Program-made: the position numbers and the translations under genes | Shown here: one piece after another, positions 38,506 through 50,400 of the stretch | Layout: each line of letters starts with the position of its first letter | How positions within the stretch are numbered: the first letter of the stretch is position 1 | The notes under the pieces: model-generated | Told to the model about the DNA's origin: nothing | Seen by the model: only the letters and a program-made list of their open reading frames with translations | The model's database searches: none | From: an uncultured virus (IMG/VR IMGVR_UViG_3300041964_000089) | Taxonomy: Duplodnaviria > Heunggongvirae > Uroviricota > Caudoviricetes | Length of the DNA stretch: 64,000 bases | IMG/VR virus record: IMGVR_UViG_3300041964_000089 | Strand: one strand, 5' to 3'

Positions 38506-38919
38506 ATGCAACAAGAAATTGTGAGACTTAAAGAAAAAATAGAAACGCTTGTCGGGATTGGCAGTTACAAATTTCTTAACGGTCAAACCGTCAAAGCTGT
38601 TTCTGTAGCTACCCCCGATTACCCGCCAGCAGGGACAATAACGCAAGGCTTAGAAATTGCAATCGTTCCCGGCATAGAAATGGACGTTTCCCCTGCGTTA
38701 AATCGAGGTTGTTTTTGGAAAATTTCTCACGAAATTATTCTCAAACAATGGAACGATCGCGATACAACCCTCAGTTTCATTCTGCCACTTGTGCAGTTGC
38801 TTGAAAGCGATTATTCAGTAAAAGTAGGGTTGCGAATTTTACCCAATCCCAAATTGCAAAATATCGAAACCCGAAAACTAACAATCTCAAAAACTTTAGC
38901 TAAAAGGAGAACAAATTAA
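38506..38919 (+). CDS. Tail terminator-like protein
   Basis: Position directly before the major tail gene. Confidence 0.5.
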   Translation: MQQEIVRLKEKIETLVGIGSYKFLNGQTVKAVSVATPDYPPAGTITQGLEIAIVPGIEMDVSPALNRGCFWKISHEIILKQWNDRDTTLSFILPLVQLLESDYSVKVGLRILPNPKLQNIETRKLTISKTLAKRRTN

Positions 38920-39623
38920 TGGGAACAACTTACGAGAATAGAGAACTTCAAAAAGGTTGGAAAAGTTCGGTGTATTGCTGGCGGCAAAACCGCAAGCCTG
39001 CCCTGCCTTTTGTAGTGACCGAAATTGTTGCAAGTTCCGCAGTAGCTAAAGCAGCAACTTCGATTACGGTGACAGGAATGCCCGCAGGTGGAATCGACGC
39101 GGGAAACGTGCTGTTATTTGTTGATGCAGACGAGATGACTTATTTGGCCGAAGTGACGACCAACAGCACCAGCGGGACGCTGACGGTAAAAGCCTTGGCC
39201 GAACCCATTCCTTCGGGGGCTAAAGCCAACTGGCCACCGGAACTGCTCGATCGCACGGATGCTGAAATCAGCCGAACGCTTGACACTACCGACACCCCAA
39301 CCTTTAACACCGGAGGTAACAAGCTGATAACTACAACTACCAGCAGCAAATCCGGCAGTTTTCCAGGGCCGTACCTGGCAAAGAACGGCGGGTACTGGAC
39401 GGCATTTAAAGCTGCTGAGGATAAAGCCCCGCTGTGGTTTGCCGTGATGCATTCTCCCCCCGATCAAGATGTAGCAGACGTAGTTGAAACGCCGTTTATT
39501 GGCAAGGGTTACGTCACCGACAACACCACATCTGCGGCCGCCGACGGCTTCAGGCAAGGAGATATTTCGGTAGATTTTTCCGGAAAACCGTTGAGCGATT
39601 TTGCAATTGTTGGCGCGGTTTAA
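38919..39623 (+). CDS. Major tail tube protein
   Basis: Thr-rich beta protein ending GKGYVT...ISVDFSGKP; upstream of the chaperones. Confidence 0.7.
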   Translation: MGTTYENRELQKGWKSSVYCWRQNRKPALPFVVTEIVASSAVAKAATSITVTGMPAGGIDAGNVLLFVDADEMTYLAEVTTNSTSGTLTVKALAEPIPSGAKANWPPELLDRTDAEISRTLDTTDTPTFNTGGNKLITTTTSSKSGSFPGPYLAKNGGYWTAFKAAEDKAPLWFAVMHSPPDQDVADVVETPFIGKGYVTDNTTSAAADGFRQGDISVDFSGKPLSDFAIVGAV

Positions 39624-39625
39624 TA

Positions 39626-39844
39626 ATGACAATCAGGTCTTTGCAAACTAAAGGCGTTTTTTGCTGCTGCTGCCAAACTGCAAACGGCGCAATCGAGTGC
39701 GAATTGGTAGCCACCAACGGCAAACAAGACGAAATATCTAGTTTGTTAGATCCAGACAGCGGAAACCGCTACACAGTTAATTTAATGCCCGGTGTAAATG
39801 TTTTTTGGAACAGGAGGTTGGAAGTTGTTACCATTTCAAAGTAA
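39626..39844 (+). CDS. Small hypothetical tail-region protein
   Basis: Coupled ORF. Confidence 0.5.
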   Translation: MTIRSLQTKGVFCCCCQTANGAIECELVATNGKQDEISSLLDPDSGNRYTVNLMPGVNVFWNRRLEVVTISK

Positions 39845-40750
39845 ACAAATTAAACCAGAAATAGTTTTGATTGAAGATGGTTTCGGAAACGCGATCGAAC
39901 TTCCTAAAAAAGGTTGTTTGACAGTTGGCGAACAAGATGCGATCGAACGCTACTACACCGATCTTGAAGGTGGTGTTACTCAAATGCAAGCAAACTTGCA
40001 AGAAATAACAATTGTTCTGAAAAGTCGGTTTAACGAACCCGAACTTACACCACAGCAAGTCGCAGAACAAGCTGTAACCGTACCAATGGTTGAGCGCCTT
40101 TACGAATTTGTTGAAGGTGAAAAGACCCGCTGGATACCTAAAGAATGCGTTTTAATTTTAACAGGTGAAATGGCAAAAGAAATTGCCATTGAAACCGCGC
40201 AGAGAATTAGCGGAGTTGTAGCTACGCGACCTGACTTGTTGGCAGGAAAACGTTATTTGGTTTTCAAGTCTAAAGGTGCGTGGCTCGACAATTTAGAAAT
40301 TGTCAAAGATTTTGTTGGGGAATTAACATCTTTGGGAAAGCTAATTCCGTTAAACCACAAACACTAGATTGGGCTGAAATTTACTGGAAATTACGGTTAA
40401 ATTACCCCGGAGATTCCAGATTTGACGAACTCAATTTTGCAAACCAACCCTTGATTTTAATAGAACAAGCACTGGAGGCAATAGCAACAAGAGATATAGA
40501 ATTGGGTAGTTTAATTGCGACACCAATCGCGCGGTCTATGCTTTACATTTTGTCTAGCAAAGGCGTCAAACATCCAGAGAAAGAGCATTATTCAATAGAT
40601 CCGTTTGCTAAAGCAATTGAGAGCAAGCAAGCTAAAAAGTTATTTACCAAAGAGTTTGCTGATACTTTTGCAGAATTGCTGAAAGAGGGTAAAATACCAA
40701 ACTGGGTAGCTAGCGCGATCGATATCGAAATGATAAACTTAGCAAGGTAA
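39825..40750 (+). CDS. Tail assembly chaperone G and G-T fusion via -1 programmed frameshift
   Basis: AGGAGG then TTG at 39825; in-frame G GGA AAG at 40334-40340; short form ends at 40367, long form at 40750. Confidence 0.8.
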
Positions 40751-40754
40751 CAAT

Positions 40755-41231
40755 ATGACAAGAAATTTAAAAATTATGGGCGAAACAACAGAACTTCAAG
40801 TAGCAAAAACTGAAAACGTTACAGTATTAAACTTTGTTTCTACTGCTGAAAAAAAACAGGTTGAAATTGACGACGGGTTGGGTAATGTGGTGAGTATTCC
40901 GAGCAAAGGTGCTGCCGACTGCTTTGAGTACAACAAAGTCATGCAATTGATGTACCGCATGGAAAAAGACCCCACACAAGCTTTAGGAATGGAGGTTGCT
41001 ATAGTAACACTTTGCCTACGTCACCGTTACAAACTTGCAAAAGCTGTTCCGGATGACAATGTTTTGCTAGGTAAGGATGGCGAACCCGTACCTATATCGC
41101 TTGTCAAAAAACTGTACGAGTTTTTTATGAAAGAACTCCAGTTAGAAAGAGTTTTAGACGCGCAAAAAACTGCTGTTGAAGGGCAAAGACCTGTTATGCA
41201 AATGGAAGATGCTGCGCCTTATTTGAAATAA
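40755..41231 (+). CDS. Second tail-chaperone paralog
   Basis: IDDGLGNVVSIPSKG / KLYEFF versus IEDGFGNAIELPKKG / RLYEFV. Confidence 0.6.
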   Translation: MTRNLKIMGETTELQVAKTENVTVLNFVSTAEKKQVEIDDGLGNVVSIPSKGAADCFEYNKVMQLMYRMEKDPTQALGMEVAIVTLCLRHRYKLAKAVPDDNVLLGKDGEPVPISLVKKLYEFFMKELQLERVLDAQKTAVEGQRPVMQMEDAAPYLK

Positions 41232-41256
41232 AACTAATCAAGGAACTTTCAAACTT

Positions 41257-42078
41257 ATGGCAAGAGTATTTGTCCCAACCCAATATCTATCTCAACGAGA
41301 TAATCAGTTGTATCGCTCAGGAACGTGCAACACCACTTCTATTGCAATGGGTATGGGCAATCACGGGGAACTGTTGATTCGTCCTGACGGCACACAGTTA
41401 GAGGATTACCTAACTCAATACTGTTTGGACAATCGCTTATCTCGACACTCTCCCGGAGATTTGGAGATTTTGGCGCAGAAGCACGGATACAGGTTCCAAT
41501 TTAGCGCTCACGCTACTTGGGATGACGTAAAAGCTTGGCTGCGTCAAGGGAGGGTTTGTATAGTTCACGGGTGGTTCACTGCGTTTGGTCACATCTTAGT
41601 GATTTGTGGCTACGACGAAGAAAAACAGTGTTGGATTGTACACGATCCGTGGGGCGAATGGTATCCAGGCGGATATGACACTAGCGTTTCGGGTGAAGCG
41701 TTGGAATATTCTTTTCAGATGATGTCACGATTGTGCGGACCCGACGCGGAAAATCAACTTTGGATTCATTTTGTTAATGGCAAAAGTGAAGATAAGCGCG
41801 TTTGGAAGCCGGGAGAACTTGGAGGGCTGCGGCTTCAGGATATCTACGAGCGCAAGCTGTCGCTATCGTTGGCGGATGTAAAGAAAGATATAGGGTTGAC
41901 CAAGCAAGTCCAGATTTGCCTTACTCGGTTCCCACAGTTTCAACCAGGAACGCCGGATGGTAGTTGGGGCCCGGTAACTCAGAAAGCATTTGAGAATTTG
42001 GCTTTTAGCTTTCAGATTGACGCAAGGGCGATCAACTTTAAAACTGCAAAAATTCTGATTGAGGGTAAATATAGATAA
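41257..42078 (+). CDS. C39-like cysteine peptidase with C-terminal PG-binding-like motif
   Basis: YLSQRDN...CNTTS, GHILVICGYD, VHDPWG; PDGSWGPVT. Confidence 0.8.
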   Translation: MARVFVPTQYLSQRDNQLYRSGTCNTTSIAMGMGNHGELLIRPDGTQLEDYLTQYCLDNRLSRHSPGDLEILAQKHGYRFQFSAHATWDDVKAWLRQGRVCIVHGWFTAFGHILVICGYDEEKQCWIVHDPWGEWYPGGYDTSVSGEALEYSFQMMSRLCGPDAENQLWIHFVNGKSEDKRVWKPGELGGLRLQDIYERKLSLSLADVKKDIGLTKQVQICLTRFPQFQPGTPDGSWGPVTQKAFENLAFSFQIDARAINFKTAKILIEGKYR

Positions 42079-42116
42079 TTTGTAACCTAAATTAGATTTA
42101 ACTTAATAATTAAAAT

Positions 42117-43631
42117 ATGCCCAACGCTTACGGACGCGCTTTTACCACTGCTAATTTTCTTTCTAATTTGGCTGCTTTAAAAGCTATAAATTTTGGCGCG
42201 TCCGATCCGAGCGGAGTTTGGTTTCTTGTTAAAAATTTAACCGGAAACTCTGATATTTGGCTATGGGAACCAACATCAACGGCTGCTACTAATGAAACTT
42301 CAGTCGTGCGACCAGATTCTATTGCACCAGGCAGTCCGGGTCGGTGCGTGAAAAGTTTAGTTGATGCCAATAGTTTAGGTGGAATTTTGGCTGCAATTGC
42401 ACTTTTGAATACTGCTGGTCTAATTGAGCGAGCCACTGATGGTAGCGCCGCCATTGTCGGCTTAGGTGCTTTTGCTAGAACTTTTCTTGGTAGCGCATCT
42501 GATAGCGCCGCAAGGACAACTTTAAATTTAGGCAATGTCACCAATACCAGCGATACTAATAAGCCTGTTTCAACAGCGCAACAAACAGCTTTAAATCTAA
42601 AAGCAAATTTGGCTTCGCCTGGTTTTACAGGAATTCCGACAGTCCCGACCGCAGCAGCCGGAACTAATACTCAGCAAGCCGCTAATACAGCATTTGTTAC
42701 CACAGCAATTACTAACCTGGTAAATAGTTCGCCCGTTGTTTTAGATACATTGAGTGAGTTAGCAACAGCATTAGGAAATGACGCCAACTTTTCGACTACT
42801 ATTACCAACCTTATAGGAACAAAGCTTTCGATAACTTCTAACTTGTCAGATTTAAACAATCGCCAAACAGCATTAAATAACTTAGCTGGAGCTGTTACGG
42901 CAAACCGATTTTTAAAAGGTAATGGTACAAACGTTGTTTTTGGTCAAGTTGATTTAGCTACTGCCGATATAACAGGAATTTTACCTCTAGCCAATGGTAC
43001 GAACTTTGTCCCTATAACAGGAAATAAAACTATTGCGGGGATTACAACGTTTTTGGATACGACTGCTGCAACTTCAACTACTGCTGCTGGAACTGTATTT
43101 TTAGGTGGAGTAGGAATTGTAGGTGGTATAAAAACTCCAAACGCTTGGCTACTTGAACCTCGAAGCGGAGGTGTAGCCCAAGATTTAAACGCGCAGGCAT
43201 ATCCGCAGTTTGCCGGAACTCGTTGGTTTGACGGTTCCGTGATTAATACTAACGCTCCTGTAAATGCAGGAATGCTTTTACAGTTTGACCCTCTGTTTGG
43301 TATTGCAGCAGTAGAAAATAAATATAGAGTTCAAGAGTTTATTGCTTCTAACCGTTGGTTCAAGCGAATGGAATCGAACGCGATATGGGGGATTTGGTAT
43401 GAAATGGCATTTTTAAATAAGGCGCAAACCTTCACGGCAACGCAAAATTTTACAAGTCAGATAAACATTAATAACATAAAAATTTTAGGACCGAGGGAGA
43501 CAGACTGGACTACCCCAACAGGCACACCAAACAAAGGCGCTTTTTCCGCTGATACTGCTACACTGATACAAACTGCTCAGCGGCTACTTGCTGTAGAACA
43601 AATGCTAAGAACACACGGCTTAATAAATTGA
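42117..43631 (+). CDS. Tail fibre protein
   Basis: KANLASPGFTGIPTVPTAAAGTNTQQAANTAFV and LDTLSELATALGND fibre repeats. Confidence 0.85.
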   Translation: MPNAYGRAFTTANFLSNLAALKAINFGASDPSGVWFLVKNLTGNSDIWLWEPTSTAATNETSVVRPDSIAPGSPGRCVKSLVDANSLGGILAAIALLNTAGLIERATDGSAAIVGLGAFARTFLGSASDSAARTTLNLGNVTNTSDTNKPVSTAQQTALNLKANLASPGFTGIPTVPTAAAGTNTQQAANTAFVTTAITNLVNSSPVVLDTLSELATALGNDANFSTTITNLIGTKLSITSNLSDLNNRQTALNNLAGAVTANRFLKGNGTNVVFGQVDLATADITGILPLANGTNFVPITGNKTIAGITTFLDTTAATSTTAAGTVFLGGVGIVGGIKTPNAWLLEPRSGGVAQDLNAQAYPQFAGTRWFDGSVINTNAPVNAGMLLQFDPLFGIAAVENKYRVQEFIASNRWFKRMESNAIWGIWYEMAFLNKAQTFTATQNFTSQININNIKILGPRETDWTTPTGTPNKGAFSADTATLIQTAQRLLAVEQMLRTHGLIN

Positions 43632-43641
43632 GGTAAAAATT

Positions 43642-43986
43642 ATGCCTGTTTCTGTTGTCAATTTAGACGGAATCACAGAAATTCATACTTCTGAGAGATT
43701 GGAAATAAATCTACTTTCCGCTAAAGAGATTGTAGAAAATATGAGAATGCGAATATGGTTCAATGTTGAAACTAGATTACCCAATGGAAAGACAGTAGGT
43801 CAACCATATTGGGACAGTCAACGAATTTTAGAGTTATCTTGTGAGCATGACCCAGAATTGGCGAACGCGATGCGAGTGATTCAGCAAAAAATTGGCGAGG
43901 CTCGCTACAAACAAATTACCACGCCACCAGAAATCTCTGAACTTGTAAAAAATTCAGAAATAATGCCTTCAATTGAAAACAGCTAA
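43642..43986 (+). CDS. Probable fibre-associated/chaperone protein
   Basis: Position after the fibre gene. Confidence 0.45.
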   Translation: MPVSVVNLDGITEIHTSERLEINLLSAKEIVENMRMRIWFNVETRLPNGKTVGQPYWDSQRILELSCEHDPELANAMRVIQQKIGEARYKQITTPPEISELVKNSEIMPSIENS

Positions 43987-44017
43987 AAAACTATCAAAAT
44001 AATTGAGGAGATAAAAA

Positions 44018-44473
44018 ATGCCAATACGCGGTAAAGTTTCTGTTAATTTTAATGGTACTGCTTTACAAGGAGCAGCTTTACGTGCTTTTGAGCGCACAAT
44101 GAAAGATTTAGGTAATACTTTTCAAGAAGTGATTTCAGAAGTTGGGGCTTTTTCTGATTTTCCACAAAGTGACATCATTGATACGGGTGCGTTGAAAGAA
44201 TCACAAACTGTCGCTTTCCCGTCTCCTGGTTCTGTTGTTTTTGAGTGGCCTGTAGAATACGCGCCTTATGTTCACGATGGCTATACATTGCGAAATGGCG
44301 CGCAACAACCCGGCAGACCTTGGACATCATTGGGTTTGCAAAAATTCGATCCGGTTATGCAATACACAGCGAACTTAAATGCTGAACTAGCTTTTGTGCC
44401 GATCGCCATGCGTCGAGCTGGATTAGTTGCTCGACGCCGACTTACAACCCGATTATCTAACTGGCAGGTTTAA
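44018..44473 (+). CDS. HK97 gp10-like neck/tail completion protein
   Basis: IIDTGALKES...VEYAPYVHDG...RPW. Confidence 0.75.
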   Translation: MPIRGKVSVNFNGTALQGAALRAFERTMKDLGNTFQEVISEVGAFSDFPQSDIIDTGALKESQTVAFPSPGSVVFEWPVEYAPYVHDGYTLRNGAQQPGRPWTSLGLQKFDPVMQYTANLNAELAFVPIAMRRAGLVARRRLTTRLSNWQV

Positions 44474-44475
44474 TT

Positions 44476-47400
44476 ATGTACGGTGGCGTCAGTATTCCAG
44501 TCAGTTTGGGTTTAGGCGGATTTCAGCAGCAAGTTGGAGTAGCGACGCGAGCGCTTCAAGGTGTAGGACTAGCAGGCGGTACCGCAAGTCAAAGAGTTGC
44601 CCAAGTTGCGATCGCTGCAAAACAATTTGTCAATTTAGCAGTTCCGGCTTCTATTTTTGCCAGTCAAATAGCGCAATCTGTGTTGGGCATGACGCAGCTT
44701 TCAACGAAAGTTGCTGCTGTTGCCAACTTTTTTGCGGCAAACTATTTTCCGTTACCTTTTCTTAATCCTATCAACCAAGGTATACTTCAAACCGTCGTAT
44801 TCATGCGACAAGCTGGAGCAATTCAATCTGTCATCTCATCCGCTATCACAAGTTTTACTAATCTTGGATTTTCAGGGAAACTAGCTTTTTCTACAATATT
44901 AACTGGTGGATTGGCTGCTGCGCCTCAAGTAATGGCGTTTTTTCTTAATCAAGCGGCGTTAGTTAATCAAGTATTTGTTACCGGGTTAATCCCAAACATA
45001 ATTACAGTTAATGCGTTAATGACTACTTATCAAAGTCTTTTTGCAACCGCATTAGCTAATCCTGTTAGATATACTGACTTTGTTGTTTTGGGAGGAATTC
45101 TTAAAGAATTGGTACCTAGAGCATCGCTCTTAGGTGAAACATTAAATACAATGATAACTCCCATTAAATTTGGTAGAGCGGCTCAAGGATTTATTGCTTA
45201 TTTGAATTTACTGGGAACCGAAGTTACTATGCTTACCACTCAGGTAAATATGCTAACAACGGGACTCGCGGCAAGTGCTGCAAGTTTAATTGGTGGCGGT
45301 AGTTTCTTATTACCTGGACAATTGTCTCCTGGACCCACTGTTGTTGATATGTTTCAAAATCAACAAGGAGTAGAAGAAGCTGTACAATATCAAATTCTTA
45401 CTGATAATTTAAGAGCATTAGGAGAAGTAAGTGGCGCAACTTCTGGTCAAATTGATAATGTAAATCGGGCTATATTTAACGTAGGAACTGGAACAAAACA
45501 AAACATAGATCAAGTCGCAAATAGTGCTTCTTCTTTAAAACGTGCCGGAGTTGAAATTACTGAAATTCCAGATGCCATAAAAAGTTTGGGTTTTGCTGCT
45601 AGTGCCACCAATGAAGACATGATGGCACTCAGTAAAACAACTTTAGAATTAACCAATGTTTTTACAGGATTAACTATTTCAGAAGGTGCAGACGTGTTAA
45701 CTGCGGTTAGTGTAAAAACTGGAATAGCAACTAATCAATTAGCCACTAGCATTGTTGGTGCTAGTGGCATTGCTAAGTCTGCTGGTTTAAATTTTAAAGA
45801 AACTGCTTTGTTAATTGGATCAATGGGCGCTGCTGGAATTAGCGGATCTAATGCCAGCGCAACACTTGAGGCAGCAATTATATCTTTACAGCAAATAGCT
45901 GGAGACTACAATAAAAACACTAAATCAAACGGCGTTTCAGCACTCAGCGCTTTAGGATTGTCTAAAGCAGATATAGTTGACGCTAGCGGTAACGTAAATA
46001 GTATTGAAGCTATTATTCAAAGTTTTCAGTCTCGAATTGCAGAGTTTAATAATGCAGGCAAACAAAGTCAAGTTGCACCTTTAATATCTCAAGTATTTGG
46101 ATCGCAAAGCGCTAATGAAATGTTAGCTTTGTTTAATCAATCTTCATCTGCAATTAACGAGTTAAAACAATCAATTAATAATGCTGGTGGTGTCAGTCAG
46201 AAAGTTAGTGACAGTCAGATGACTTCTTTGGCTGGAACTTTGGATCGACTAACTGATGGCGCTCGTGCTGTTTCAATTACTGTTGGTCAATTCTTGAGTC
46301 CGATTTTAAGCGGATTTTTGCAGCCAATCGCGGCGTTGACAGAAGGGTTCTTAAAGCTACCTCCCGCGTTGCAACTGACGGCGTTGTCTCTCAGCGTTGT
46401 CGGGCCGTTAGCGTTAGTGGTATTTCAAGGCACAAAACTTTTGGTAACTTGGACTAAATTATGGGCAGCAGCTCAAGTTGCTGCTGGTGTTGCTGCTGAT
46501 ATTTTTACAGGCAAGCTTACAGCTTTGCAAATAAAACAAGCTATTGCCGCGCAATGGACAGAAATTACCACTAAGGTTACACAAGGTTATTCTTTTGCGT
46601 TAGGTGTACTAACAGGTCAAATAAGTGCCGCAGAGGCTAAACAAACTATTTTAAACGCAAGTCAAGCTTTTGGTGTTGCCAACGCAGCAGAATTTTTTAA
46701 TACTACCAGAGCTTCTATTGCAATATTAGGCGATTACGCAAAGCATTTATTAATTGGTACAACTAACATTAGATTGTTTTCAGTTTCTCAGTTAGCCAGT
46801 GCAGCAGCTACTGGGATTAAGAATACAATTACAAATACAGCAATTGCTCTTACTAAAGCGCAAACCTATGTAGACTTAGCGCAAAATGCTGTTACATTAA
46901 CTCAGGTTGGAATAAACAAAATAGTTAGTGGATCTATTGCAGCAAAAACTTTTGTTTTGGGATTGTTTACTAGGCAACAGGCTACGGCAAACACGCAGCA
47001 ATCGCTTAGTACAACTATTTCATTAATAGCTGCTCAAGCTAAAAATATTTATGCGATTGCCGTAGGACGCGCATCAGCGGCAACTTTAGGATTTATTGGT
47101 ACGATGGCAACACTGGCGGTTAGGTTTGCACTTCTTGCTGCCGCTGCTTGGGCTGTATCACAAGCCTGGAATTCATTTTCGGCAGGAGTCAAGGAAGCTA
47201 ATGGCATCAAAGAAACTGCTGACAACATCAATAAACTAACGACTGAATTAACTGGATTACAAATAAAAGCTAATGACTCTGGGAATGCTTTTCAACAATT
47301 CTGGGAAACTGTACAAAAGAAGGGGCCGATTGAAGCTGTTCAACAAGGATTGTCTAAGGTAACTGGTGGAATGCCAGATGATGCTTACGGCAAAGGTGAA

Positions 47401-50400
47401 AGAGGTTGGGGATTACTTCAGGGTAAAGGAAGTGTTATTACCAGTTCTCAGTTAGCAGCTCAACGGGCAATGTTTGCGACAGAACAAGTTTCTAAAGCTG
47501 TTAACACCCAGTTAGAGCTAGGTGTTGGGGTTATGCAAAAATACGGTGTAGAGACTTTAGATGTTGCTGACAAACAGCGATTAGGAGCGCAAGGCATAGC
47601 TAATTTTAAGGCGGAAGCTACTCGCCAAGTAGATACCTTAAATAAAACGCTAGAAGCGTTAAAAGCTCAACAGCCTGTCAATGATGAGCAAAAAGCATTT
47701 ATTCAAACCAATATAAAATTAACCGAGCAACAAGTTAGGATTTTGCGGGGTAAAATTGTAGCACTGGAATCAGAAACCGCGACGACTAAAGTTCATATTT
47801 TAACGTTAGAAGAGTTAACCCAAAAATATAAAGACTTAGCACACGCATCTGAGTTAGCAAATTTACAAGCAACTGCATCAATTGAAGAAGCGGCTGCAAA
47901 AGGAAAAGATCGCGGAGGTATCAGTCAAGAAGAAAAAACTAAACGATTAAGCGTATTGGGTAAAACAGAAATTAATGAACGTGTTCAATCCAATGACAAT
48001 AAATTAAAAGATTTAAAAGCTGCAAGCATTGGGGCAAAGCCAGAAGATGCGACTAAGATCGCCGAAGAAGTTAAACGAATTGAAGTAGATCAACTTAAAG
48101 CTAGAATTGATACTGCAAAGCATGAGCAGCAAGAAAAAAAAAGCCTCAACGAAGAACTTTTGGCAAGTAGCAAAGAACTTGAAGATGCAGTAACAGCCAA
48201 GCAGCAATTGTCTAGCCAAAACCAGATAACCGCAATCAAAAAAGCTCAAGCTGCCCGCACTTACTCTGCAGAAGAAGCAGCAGCTAAAATTGCCATGATT
48301 GAAACTACGGACTTGCAAGCATCGATTGCCCGCGAAACCGAAAAACAGCAAAAGCTCAATCAACTTCGGCAGTGGGGAGTAATTTCAGAAGAAGAAGCCC
48401 GGAAAGGAATGCGGGAGTCTGTTGGCGAAGTTGCCAAAATCCAAGGGCAAATTGCCGAATCCGAGCTAAAGAAAACGCAGGAGCAGGCAACCGCAAGAGC
48501 TAAAGCAATTGAAGAACAGGCAAAACTTGCCAAATTAAAACCAGAGCAAGAATTAGCAAAACTAGACACTCGATCGTTTGCCAGCGACCAGCAGAGTAAA
48601 CTGGTGGGGGCTCAATCAGGAGTAGGCGACGCCCGATCGGAACTAGACAAGCAGCGCTTAGGGTTTGCCTTGCAGTTGGCTGAACTCAACAACAATCAGT
48701 CACAGCAAGAACAAATTAAGGGACAAATCTATCAACAACAGTTAGTATCGCTGACTCAACAGCAAGAATCTAAGCGGCAGGAATTAGCACTGAGTCAGCA
48801 GCAGCAGGCGATTGAGCTTGAGCGCAAACGCATTCAGTCTGAAATTGCCGTACTTGAAGGACAGTCCGCCCTGCAAGTTGCCCAAGCTCAAGGTGCATCC
48901 GCTACCGAAGTTGCAGCGCTGCAACAGTCGATCGCGCTCAAACAGCAAATTGTCGCGCAGGTTGCCACGGAACAAGCTAATCAGGGCAAAATAAACAGTC
49001 TGTCAAGCGAGCAGCTAGCCATTCAACAACAGACGGCTAAAGAAGGGTTAGTGCAGCAGCGCCAGATTGATTTGCAGCGAGAGGCGATCGAAAAACGGAC
49101 TAAGGCAATTGAGGAAGGGTTGAACCGGGCGCGGGCTTTGTCGGAAGCCCAATCGCAAAAACTGGAATTCAAAGGTCAAGATATCGGTGCTGAAATTAGC
49201 AAGCAAAAGTTGCTAGCAGATATTTCCCAGTCTCAGTTCAACCTGCAAAAACAACGCCTAGAATTCAGTTTACAAACCGCAGAACTAACCGGGCAGGAAT
49301 CAACTAAAGAACAACTTAAGCAACAAATTTATCAGCAGCAGCAAGCTTCCTTAATTGCCCAACACCGAGCCCAAAAAACTAGCTTGCAACTTTCTAACCA
49401 GCAAGCTGCAATTGAGCTAGAACGCAAGCGCATCCAAGGGGAAATTGCACTGCTAGAAGCTCAGGCAAATCTAGAGTCTGCACAAGCTAAAAACGCATCA
49501 GCCACCGAAATCAGCAGCTTGCAAGCGGTCATCGCCCTGCGTCAAAAGTCTGTTGACTATATCTCAACTGAAGAATCAAACCAGTCCAAGATTAACCAGC
49601 TAACCAGCCAGCACCTCAGGCTAGAACAGCAAATCGCCAGAGAAGGGATGGAGCAGCAGCGCCAACTAGAAATGCAGAAGTTGGCAATCGAGAAACGAAC
49701 CAAGGCGATTGAGAATGGGCTTATTCGATCGCGTACAGCAATGGAGGGGCAATCTCAAAAACTTGAATTCAAAGGTCAAGGCGTCGGCGGGGAAATTGAT
49801 AAACAAAAAGGTGTCACAGACCTCCAACAGTCCCAGTCAGCGCTACAAAAACAACAGCTAGATTTTGCCCTACAACGCGCTGAGCTTACCGGAAATGAAT
49901 CAGCCAAGGAACAGATCAAGGAGCAAATTTACCAGCAGCAGAAAGCCGCCCTAGTTGCTCAGCAGCAAGCCCAGGTTGTCGGAATTGGATTGTCCCGTCA
50001 GCAAGCGGTGATCGAACTTGAACGCCAGAAACTCTCAGCACAGATCGCGCTTACCGAAGCGCAAGCCAATGTAGCCAAAGCGCAGATCACCAAAACTACA
50101 TCGGCCGCGGAGATGGAAGCGTTGCGGGCGACAGTCGGGTACAGACAACAAGCGCTCGGTCAAATTACCGCACAGGCAGCGGTCAGCAAGCAAGTTCAGT
50201 CAATCGAAGATCAGAAGCTGGTGATCGAACGCCAGACGACAATGGAGAACTTGGTGCAAACCCGCGAACTAGAGCGCCAAAAAGAAGCGATCGAGAAACA
50301 GAAGCAGGCAATTGAGGAAAGGTTGCAGGCTCAAAAATCGGGATTAGAAAACCGCCAAGGCAAACTGGAACTGTCGAATCAGTTGCTAGATTTGGAGTCG

